Below, in pieces: positions 1-6,787 of a DNA stretch of 15,014 nucleotides. The notes under the pieces were generated by a model that was given only the letters and a program-made list of their open reading frames with translations, did not search any database and was not told the origin of the DNA. Both the position numbers and the translations under genes were made by a program. Position 1 is the first letter of the stretch. Every line of letters starts with the position of its first letter. The DNA comes from an archaeon (GTDB taxonomy: Archaea > Iainarchaeota > Iainarchaeia > Iainarchaeales > CSSED10-239): NCBI GenBank assembly GCA_035387745.1, contig DAOOON010000004.1:1-15014 (forward strand), given 5' to 3'.

Positions 1-196
1 CTAATGCAAATATTAATTTTAAAACAAAAACACCTAATGCCAATGGAGTAAAAGACTTCATCACAGATATAAACCCAATTATTGCAATAATTAGAATTGC
101 ATATATAAATATTGTAGAAAAGGTGTGTGTTTTAAGATATCCAATAGTAAAAAGCTCTGTAAACCAATTCAAGGGCTTTTGTTTAGATAATCGCAT
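1..196 (-). CDS. Hypothetical membrane protein, N-terminal part (gene continues past window start)
   Basis: Reverse-strand ATG at 194..196 opens a frame with no stop to position 1: MRLSKQKPLNWFTELFTIGYLKTHTFSTIFIYAILIIAIIGFISVMKSFTPLALGVFVLKLIFAL. It has two hydrophobic helix-like stretches. No family was recognised. Confidence 0.35.
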   Translation of the reverse strand, partial: MRLSKQKPLNWFTELFTIGYLKTHTFSTIFIYAILIIAIIGFISVMKSFTPLALGVFVLKLIFAL

Positions 197-234
197 ATAT
201 ATTATATGTATAATTATATATAAAAATAGGTTGT

Positions 235-567
235 TTATCTAACTTTAGAAAGAACATGATCTATTTTTTGTTTAAGTTGAGGCTTTGGTTCAAATCCTAT
301 GATTCTACCAATCTCTGCTCCTCTCTTCATAATCACAATACAAGGTACTTCGCCAATTTTAAACATTGTCGAAATGGGTTTGTTTTCTTCGCTATTTATT
401 TTTAAGAATTTTATTTTGTTTTCATACTCGTTACTTAATTCTTCAAAGGTAAGATTAAGGGCTCTTGATGGGCCAGATAATGTTTCCCAAAAATATATAA
501 CCACAGGTACATCTGATTCAACTACTTCTTCTTCAAAGTTATGTCTATTACAAAGTATAACTGTCAT
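235..567 (-). CDS. Thioredoxin-fold protein lacking the CxxC redox motif (SGPS instead of CGPC)
   Basis: The 110-aa ORF follows the thioredoxin layout: VVIYFWETLSGPSRAL (normally FWAxWCGPCK), KFLKINSEEN, then FKIGEVPCIVIMKRGAEIGRIIG (cis-Pro loop and beta4). An AAGGAAAAG SD-like element lies upstream of the ATG. Confidence 0.75.
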   Translation of the reverse strand: MTVILCNRHNFEEEVVESDVPVVIYFWETLSGPSRALNLTFEELSNEYENKIKFLKINSEENKPISTMFKIGEVPCIVIMKRGAEIGRIIGFEPKPQLKQKIDHVLSKVR

Positions 568-664
568 TTGTCTTTTCCTTTGTTTTATATTTCTAAGATA
601 ATAAATATAAAATCATCTATATTAAAAAACTTACTATTTTATAAAAAAACAACTATTCTGTGAT

Positions 665-700
665 TAAAAAATAAGAAGAAAGGATTCTTATCTGAATCCT
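665..700 (-). terminator. Hairpin plus T-rich tract after the small zinc-ribbon gene
   Basis: On the minus strand, AGGATTC-AGATAA-GAATCCT (681..700; its loop holds the TAA stop at 688..690) is followed by TTCTTCTTATTTTTT. Confidence 0.4.
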
Positions 701-831
701 TTAAATTTATAGTCTTTTACCTTTGGAGGTTCGTTATTGCATTTTAAGCAAACTTCGTCTCCACTTTCTTCATCTATTCTGTGTCTTGTAACATTTTTAC
801 AAAAAGGACACATTTTTGTTTCATATTTCAT
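688..831 (-). CDS. Small zinc-ribbon protein (47 aa), unknown function
   Basis: Absent from the ORF track because it is under 60 aa. Hand translation: MKYETKMCPFCKNVTRHRIDEESGDEVCLKCNNEPPKVKDYKFKGFR*. It has two CxxC pairs (C8/C11, C28/C31). GTGAT lies 5 nt upstream of the ATG and a hairpin terminator sits at the stop. Confidence 0.55.
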   Translation of the reverse strand: MKYETKMCPFCKNVTRHRIDEESGDEVCLKCNNEPPKVKDYKFKGFR

Positions 832-949
832 GTTTTATCACAATTTATTCATTCAATTAATAAATTCCTTATCTTGGTATTTGAAATATACTAATTGTTA
901 TATATCTATGAAAAGAAAGGTTTAAAATCACATTTTTTTAACAAATAAG

Positions 950-977
950 AGTTTTAGGATAAAAGTTTTAGAATAAA
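950..977. repeat. 14-bp direct tandem repeat, two copies with one mismatch
   Basis: agttttaggataaa (950..963) is followed directly by agttttagaataaa (964..977), inside a 238-nt intergenic spacer. Confidence 0.6.
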
Positions 978-1002
978 AGAACTAGTCTGATAAGAAGAGA
1001 TT

Positions 1003-1069
1003 AAAAAAAATAAAAAGAATAAGAAAATAAAAAAATCATATCAAAAAAATAAATCAGTTAGTTTACGAT
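1003..1069 (-). terminator. Oligo-T terminator region downstream of the 22-codon ORF
   Basis: The minus strand after the stop reads AAATCgtaaactaactGATTT, then T7, T7, T5 and T8 runs. Archaeal transcription terminates at oligo-T tracts. Confidence 0.35.
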
Positions 1070-1138
1070 TTATTTCTTCTTCTTTTTTACTGTTTTTTTT
1101 GCTGCAGGTTTTTTTGCTGCTTTTTTCTTTACTACCAT
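1070..1138 (-). CDS. Candidate 22-aa lysine/alanine-rich micro-protein
   Basis: Hand translation: MVVKKKAAKKPAAKKTVKKKKKK*. GGTGA (1145..1149) lies exactly 6 nt upstream of the ATG, the same GGTGA-N6-ATG geometry seen at rpl10e (3954..3958) and trkA (14696..14700). T-tracts follow the stop. Confidence 0.3.
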   Translation of the reverse strand: MVVKKKAAKKPAAKKTVKKKKK

Positions 1139-1439
1139 TTTCTTTCACCCCTTTTTCAACTTTTCCTTCCCCTTATGGAAAAATATTATATATTAATTAT
1201 GATACAACATATATATAAAGCTTTTTGTTTGCTTATTTATGAAACCTTTTTCATGTTTGCTTGCAGACAAATGAAAAATAATACATGTCTGTAACTTCCA
1301 ATAAATACTAATTACGGCGAGAGTTGTAAACACGCATGAATGGCGTCACATATATTCTTTAATTGGCCTAAAGAAAATAAAAAATGAAAAAAAAAGGTTT
1401 CACGGCTAAATTCTTATATTAAAAAAAGGTTTTATGAAA

Positions 1440-1469
1440 GTAAAACAAGAAAAAAAATGAAAAATAATT
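1440..1469 (-). terminator. Oligo-T tract after ndk
   Basis: The minus strand after the ndk TAA stop reads AATTATTTTTCATTTTTTTTCTTGTTTT (T5, T8, T4). Confidence 0.4.
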
Positions 1470-1931
1470 TTATTTTTCATCTTCTGCATAGATAAAATTG
1501 AAATCTATTTTTTCGTAATCAAACAATTCTTCATCTTTGAAAAATCTTGCAATTTCTATGTCAGCAGCAACTAAAGAATCTGAAGCATGAACAACATTAC
1601 ACTGCCCACTTAATGAATAATCTCCTCTTATTGTGCCAGGAGCTGCCTCATAACCTCTTGTAACTCCACAGACCGATCTAACAACAGTAACCGCATTATT
1701 GCCTTCAAGAACACAAAGAATGGATGGTGCACTTTTCATAAATTTCTTTATTCTTGGGAAAAATGGTTTATTTTTAAGATGAGAATAATGTTCATCTAAA
1801 AGATCATCGCTTAAATGAGTCATTTTCATCCCAACAATCTTGAGTCCTTTTCTTTCAAAGATGTGCAGGATTTCTCCAACAAGCGCTCTGTTAAGTGCAT
1901 CTGGTTTAAAAATTACTAGTGTTCTTTCCAT
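1470..1931 (-). CDS. ndk: Nucleoside diphosphate kinase
   Basis: 153 aa. MERTLVIFKPDA...RALVGEI...FERKG is the typical NDK N-terminus. GTIRGDY and NVVHASDS carry the active-site His (family NxxHGSDS). A GGAGAT SD lies upstream. Confidence 0.95.
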   Translation of the reverse strand: MERTLVIFKPDALNRALVGEILHIFERKGLKIVGMKMTHLSDDLLDEHYSHLKNKPFFPRIKKFMKSAPSILCVLEGNNAVTVVRSVCGVTRGYEAAPGTIRGDYSLSGQCNVVHASDSLVAADIEIARFFKDEELFDYEKIDFNFIYAEDEK

Positions 1932-1946
1932 TATATCTCATCTCCT

Positions 1947-3140
1947 TTATTTCTTTTCTAAAATGTAAATTTTTCTATTAATCATTGAACCGCTAGGAGT
2001 AGTGTATGCTATAGGGTTTTGCAATTCTAATTTTGGATTTAACACAGAAACATCAACCAAAAAAAACCCGTTTCTTTCATAAACACCTCTATTAATTGAA
2101 ATTACTTTGTTATCATAAGTTTTAAAATCTGGTAATATACACACAACTCTTGCTTTCTTTAAAAGATTATTATTAAGATTTGCAAAGACAGCATAGTAAA
2201 TGCTATTTAATTCTTTAACAATATTCCTTGCTTTCTCAAGATTAAGTGCTTTCTTTAAGAAAGGTCCCATATATGGTTCAAAAACACAAGCATCTGCAGA
2301 GAATCTTGTTTTTGCAGAGTCTCCTTGTATTATTTTATATCTGCTTGACAATTTAAATTCCTTAATTGCCCAAGAAACATTCTTATTGCTTGCTTCTATC
2401 ATTTCTTTACTGTTGTCTATTCCAACAACATTAAAATTTTTTATAAGACCTTCAATCAAAAAGGTGCCAGTACCACAGAAAGGATCAACTATTGTCTTTC
2501 CTTTTGGTTGGCCTAAAAGATTAATCATTATTGAAACAAGTCTAAAAGAAGTATTATACATCTCCTTTATTACTGGCCTATTTTTGTCCTTAAAAATATT
2601 ATCTTTAGGATTAAAACAAGATGTGGTCTTTGCAAAATAGAATTTATTATTAAACTTAACAACAAAAAGCTCTAGGCCATCATTTATCTTCCAAGAAAAG
2701 TAATTGTCTGGATTTGCAATGTAATTAATGTTTTCTTTTGATCTCTTCTTTGAATGAGTAACTGGTTTTTTATAAACTGCTTTTGCTCTGTCTGCCTTAA
2801 ATTCTTGCTTAAGCAGGTCTTCTACAATCTCTAATTCATCTTCTAAAATATCAATTGTTGAAATTGTGTAATTAAATTTCTTTGGGCTATCAAAATTTAA
2901 TTTGTTTATGATTTCCTTATTAGATTTAATTTTGGAAGTTTCTAGATAAACCTTTGATACTCTAACAAGACCACCAAGTTCTTTTGTAAGGCCTTCAAAA
3001 TTATGTTCTTTATTAAAATCAAGAATAATATATTTTTCAGAATTAGCAATAACAGAATAAGAAATATTGTGTTTATGCAGATAAACTGCAATCTCTAGTT
3101 TTGAAAGATCTTTGTCTCTTCCAAGAAGGAATAGATACAT
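1947..3140 (-). CDS. SAM-dependent RNA methyltransferase, Trm11/UPF0020-like, with divergent N-terminal half and variant motif IV
   Basis: 397 aa. The N-terminus LLGRDKDLSKLEIAVYL resembles Trm11-type starts. RPVIKEMYNTSFRLVSIMINLLG, then motif I VDPFCGTGTFLIEG, then VVGIDNS. Motif IV reads FEPYMGP where DPPYG is expected. It lies 15 nt upstream of ndk, so co-transcription is likely. Confidence 0.65.
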   Translation of the reverse strand: MYLFLLGRDKDLSKLEIAVYLHKHNISYSVIANSEKYIILDFNKEHNFEGLTKELGGLVRVSKVYLETSKIKSNKEIINKLNFDSPKKFNYTISTIDILEDELEIVEDLLKQEFKADRAKAVYKKPVTHSKKRSKENINYIANPDNYFSWKINDGLELFVVKFNNKFYFAKTTSCFNPKDNIFKDKNRPVIKEMYNTSFRLVSIMINLLGQPKGKTIVDPFCGTGTFLIEGLIKNFNVVGIDNSKEMIEASNKNVSWAIKEFKLSSRYKIIQGDSAKTRFSADACVFEPYMGPFLKKALNLEKARNIVKELNSIYYAVFANLNNNLLKKARVVCILPDFKTYDNKVISINRGVYERNGFFLVDVSVLNPKLELQNPIAYTTPSGSMINRKIYILEKK

Positions 3141-3160
3141 GTTTTTTCGTTTAATGGTAA

Positions 3161-3175
3161 TTTTTTAAATAAAAA
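3161..3175 (-). promoter_or_regulatory. TATA-like box about 28 nt upstream of the methyltransferase ATG (probable leaderless mRNA)
   Basis: The minus strand reads TTTTTATTTAAAAAA, centred about 28 nt from the ATG at 3140. There is no SD in the intervening AAACGAAAAAAC. Confidence 0.35.
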
Positions 3176-3203
3176 TAAAAAAGAAAAAAGAAAAAGTAAA
3201 AAC
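3176..3203 (-). terminator. Oligo-T terminator after rpl10e
   Basis: The minus strand immediately after the TAA stop reads GTTTTTACTTTTTCTTTTTTCTTTTTT. Confidence 0.45.
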
Positions 3204-3947
<744 letters not shown>

Positions 3948-4002
3948 CTTGTTTCACCTTTATTAAAAAAATAGATAAAATTGTCGAAATTTATCTTTAT
4001 TG

Positions 4003-4010
4003 TATATAAA
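4003..4010 (-). promoter_or_regulatory. TATA box candidate for rpl10e
   Basis: The minus strand reads TTTATATA about 59 nt upstream of the ATG, leaving a ~30-nt leader that contains the GGTGA SD. A 7-bp hairpin (AGATAAA/TTTATCT, about 3973..3998) lies between them. Confidence 0.35.
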
Positions 4011-4073
4011 TATATTTATATAGAAACATATTTAAATAAAACATTTTAATAATTTTAAAAAAAACTAGAATAT

Positions 4074-4240
4074 AGAAAGGAAAAAGAGGCCTTTTTGCAG
4101 GTCTCCTTTCTCTTTATTACATTTCTTTTGGGGAAAGAAAAGTTTTTGGGGTAAAACACCTCAAAAATGTAATATAAGAAAGAAAAGAACAGGGACCTGT
4201 TCTGGTAAACAGTGTGTTTCTCTTCTTCCTCTTTTCTGCC
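4074..4240. ncRNA. Candidate structured RNA of unknown class in a 474-nt intergenic region
   Basis: Three consecutive hairpins. (1) AGAAAG/CTTTCT (4074-4079 with 4106-4111) enclosing GAGGCC/GGTCTC (4086-4091 with 4100-4105). (2) A 10-bp stem (4115-4124 with 4165-4174) enclosing TTGGGGT/ACCTCAA (4146-4152 with 4158-4164). (3) AGAACAG/CTGTTCT (4186-4192 with 4197-4203). A pyrimidine run at 4217-4237 is complementary to the purine runs at 4074-4089 and 4177-4188. There is no ORF. Strand is ambiguous: both imperfect stems become G-U wobbles only on the plus strand, but on the minus strand hairpin 1 is followed by T5, as in a terminator. Confidence 0.3.
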
Positions 4241-4421
4241 TTGTATTTTATTCTTTGTGGAATTTGGTAATAGATTTAACTGTTATATCTTATAGTCCTA
4301 AAATCTTTATATATACTACCGGGTGGTTTTTCCAAACCTAAACTAGAAAAAGGGTTTGATTAGCAAAATATACATAATAAAATGTTTGTTTTTTTGAGGT
4401 TTTTAACTCTTTTTTGCAAAT

Positions 4422-4781
4422 TTACCAATTTAACTTGTCGCCAATAGAGAAGAGCTTTTTGCCATATTTTGCAGGAAGTTCTATAATATAGCGACATTTA
4501 TCTCTTGGCTTTGTCATCTGCCAAGGCTTAAGCCCAAGCTTGATATCTATAATCTTCTTCTTAGAATCTAAAAACACAACATTTATTGGAAAAAACACAA
4601 AAAACATGTGTATGCTTGCACCAATATGCGTATCTCTTTCAAGATCAAATATCAGGCCATAATCAAAGTTTTTCTCTCTAGAAAACATTAGACCCTTTGC
4701 TCTACTAAACACATTGTCTGCAATCCTGTGAGTTGCTATAATATTTTTTTTCTGCGAGATGTTTCTAATCATATTAATCAT
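4422..4781 (-). CDS. DUF192 (COG1430/UPF0127-like) protein
   Basis: 119 aa. The pattern ADNVFSRAKGLMF...IHMFFVFFPINVVFLDSKKKIIDI...CRYIIELPAKYGKKLFSIGDKL matches the DUF192 layout as I recall it (GLM...M...PLDxxFxD...YVLEL..G....I.GD). It is the last gene of the minus-strand block, 10 nt after the preceding gene. Confidence 0.6.
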   Translation of the reverse strand: MINMIRNISQKKNIIATHRIADNVFSRAKGLMFSREKNFDYGLIFDLERDTHIGASIHMFFVFFPINVVFLDSKKKIIDIKLGLKPWQMTKPRDKCRYIIELPAKYGKKLFSIGDKLNW

Positions 4782-4791
4782 TATATTTTAA

Positions 4792-5919
4792 TTATTTGGA
4801 TAACCCAAAGGTTATAACAAATTCATTGTCTTGCTGTTTTGTAATCTTAAAATCATAAAATGCTGGTTCATTAACAAGTATTGTATAGGTTTTACAATCT
4901 GTTAAACAATTTGAATCAATAAATGAAATATTAATTCTGGTAGACTCTAGAATATATTTAGAACTAATTGTCTTTAAAGCAATGATGTGCCTCATTTCTA
5001 CTTCTGTCTTGTTGTTTTTTATCATATATTCCATTGTATCAATAATTATTTCTTCTGCATCTGGCTTAGGAATAAACGTCTGAAATAAAACGATAGTAAC
5101 AACAAATAAAATAAAAACATATTTTATAAAATTTAAACCTCTATCTTTTTTTATAATATACATTACATACGAGGTAAATCCCCCTAAAAGTAAAGCAATA
5201 TACAAGATAAAATTATCAAAAAAAGTTCTAGTAATTATTTCCTCTGTTGAATACCACAAAAAATTACTACCAATAATGTGGTCTATATACAATAATACAA
5301 AAATAAAGATAAAATAAAACAAAACAGATAAATAAAACAAATTAGAAAAATATATTTTATTCTTAGACTCGCTTCTAAAAAGAAGTAAATCTTTAGATAC
5401 GTTCTCAAGTATTTTATCATAATCAATTGTTGATTTTTTTAAAACATCTATTATTATTAGAGTGTGCTCAATCACAGAACTGTTAATGTTTTTATTTATG
5501 GAATATAATGATTCTTCAAAGCTTTCACCCCAAGAAACTCTATTTGAAAGCCTCTTTATTTCTGGATTAATATTGCCGTAAAAATTATATTCTGACAGAT
5601 TAGATAATGCCAAAGATAAGTTTCTTGTTTTTTTATACTCTTTTGATAAATCATACAAAAAATAATTGAATTCGGTTTCTACAGATTTTCTTTTTTCGGT
5701 TTTTATGTAGTATTCTATTAAAAACCCTAAGCCCCCTACAAAAATCCCAGAAATAAAAACTATAAAATAGATATTGCTTGCTGCAAAATATTTGTTAGCT
5801 ATGGCTATAATTAAAAGACCACAAACAATTCCTGCTAATTCTAATATAGAATATTCATTATTATAAAAAAAAATATTTGCTTTCTTAAAAAAATCATTTT
5901 CTTGAGGATTTATAATCAT
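4792..5919 (-). CDS. Polytopic membrane protein, single T2SS-F (FlaJ/ArlJ/TadC)-like domain plus ~90-aa C-terminal non-membrane domain
   Basis: 375 aa: two N-terminal TM helices, a ~115-aa soluble helical segment (ETEFNYFLYDLSKEYKKTRNLSLALSNL...WGESFEESLYSI...VIEHTLIIIDVLKKS), three further TM helices, then a soluble tail containing SNCLTDC. It lies downstream of the FlaI-like gene as the second of two membrane-protein genes. The family call rests on topology and context only. Confidence 0.5.
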   Translation of the reverse strand: MIINPQENDFFKKANIFFYNNEYSILELAGIVCGLLIIAIANKYFAASNIYFIVFISGIFVGGLGFLIEYYIKTEKRKSVETEFNYFLYDLSKEYKKTRNLSLALSNLSEYNFYGNINPEIKRLSNRVSWGESFEESLYSINKNINSSVIEHTLIIIDVLKKSTIDYDKILENVSKDLLLFRSESKNKIYFSNLFYLSVLFYFIFIFVLLYIDHIIGSNFLWYSTEEIITRTFFDNFILYIALLLGGFTSYVMYIIKKDRGLNFIKYVFILFVVTIVLFQTFIPKPDAEEIIIDTMEYMIKNNKTEVEMRHIIALKTISSKYILESTRINISFIDSNCLTDCKTYTILVNEPAFYDFKITKQQDNEFVITFGLSK

Positions 5920-5923
5920 TCAC

Positions 5924-6766
5924 CTATTTATGTAATATTAAAACCAATATAATTTCAACTATTGGAAAAGCAATAGCTATAATAAATAATATATTTTTTA
6001 TAGAGTCCCTATAAAAAGGCATTAAAAAAACACTAAATATCAATATGAAAATTAAGAAAAACAAAAATATGTTTATTTCAAAAAGCAAAGTAATTTTGCT
6101 TCTTTTCCTTTCTTCTTTCTCTTTTCTTAATTGATCTGTAGATTCCAGATAATCTGAAATTACATTAGATAGTGTTGTTTTATTTTCTAAAACATCTATT
6201 AATTTTGAGAAAAAATTATATTCTTGCTCTGAATAAGTGCTATTACAAATTTGTTTTAATGTTCCCTTTAAGTTGTTATTTAAATCAGACATTGCTAATA
6301 TTTTTTTTGATTTTTCAGTTAATAGTTTATTACTTCCAATTTTTTGAAATAAATATAAAACATCTTTAACGCTCATCTTTTGATCTTGTAAAACCGATAA
6401 ATGCCTTATACTAATTTCTAATTCGTGCTCTAATTCCTTTTTGTTTGATGTAATTAAATAATGTGGATAGCGATATAAAGTCATAAAAATAAAACCTGCA
6501 AAAGTAAATGCAATAATAATTGTTAAAACAAACGTAAAAACCGAAAAGAGGATGTTCAATTTAAGCATTACAAAAATCATAAAAAATTCTAAACAAATGC
6601 CCACAAGAAAAGACAAGAATAATGTATTAGATATATAGGTTTGAACATCTTCTTCTATGTTAGTTATAACAAGCATTTTTGTTAGTTCTTTAAACTTAGG
6701 CGCGATGCTTTTAGAAATATCTGAAAAAAAAAAATTAGATATTTTTGATAGTGTTTTACCAAACAT
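5924..6766 (-). CDS. Polytopic membrane protein, single T2SS-F (FlaJ/ArlJ/TadC)-like domain
   Basis: 280 aa: two TM helices, a ~125-aa soluble helical segment (ELEISIRHLSVLQDQKMSVKDVLYLFQKIG...LKGTLKQICNS...FFSKLIDVLENKTTLSNVISDYLES), then two TM helices. It starts 21 nt after the FlaI-like gene, the canonical flaI-flaJ order. An AGGAG SD is present. Confidence 0.55.
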   Translation of the reverse strand: MFGKTLSKISNFFFSDISKSIAPKFKELTKMLVITNIEEDVQTYISNTLFLSFLVGICLEFFMIFVMLKLNILFSVFTFVLTIIIAFTFAGFIFMTLYRYPHYLITSNKKELEHELEISIRHLSVLQDQKMSVKDVLYLFQKIGSNKLLTEKSKKILAMSDLNNNLKGTLKQICNSTYSEQEYNFFSKLIDVLENKTTLSNVISDYLESTDQLRKEKEERKRSKITLLFEINIFLFFLIFILIFSVFLMPFYRDSIKNILFIIAIAFPIVEIILVLILHK

Positions 6767-6787
6767 TATTTATTTCTCCTGTTTTTA

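Noticed and set aside
299-601. Antisense or shadow ORFs inside real genes. The track entries are 299..601, 2200..2640, 3298..3534, 3500..3754, 6172..6369, 8245..8460, 8811..9074, 10708..10896, 10899..11141, 11044..11304, 12271..12519, 12589..12831 and 12686..12880.
   Set aside because: Each is fully or largely embedded opposite to, or out of frame with, a longer ORF that has recognisable family motifs. Their translations are Leu/Phe/Ser-rich, as expected from the antisense of AT-rich coding DNA.
737-925. 62-aa plus-strand ORF from the track
   Set aside because: It lies antisense to the zinc-ribbon ORF (688..831), which has two CxxC pairs, an SD-like element and a terminator. The plus-strand product is low-complexity and hydrophobic, with no start signals.
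4126-4151. TTTTGGGG occurring twice (telomere-like or repeat-array unit)
   Set aside because: There are only two copies, separated by 10 nt, inside a hairpin-rich region. This is better explained as alternative pairing partners for CCTCAAAA than as a repeat array or CRISPR.
4187-4245. Possible SRP (7S/4.5S) RNA. The minus strand reads CTGTTTACCAGAACAGGTCC and CAAGGCAGA, resembling CUGUUUACCAGGUCAGGUCC and CAAGGCAGA of E. coli 4.5S RNA as I recall it.
   Set aside because: The two matches occur in the opposite order to that in SRP RNA. The universal GGAA tetraloop and AGCA loop motifs of helix 8 are absent. CAGGTCC here closes its own short hairpin. I treat it as chance similarity, and an Rfam scan would settle it.
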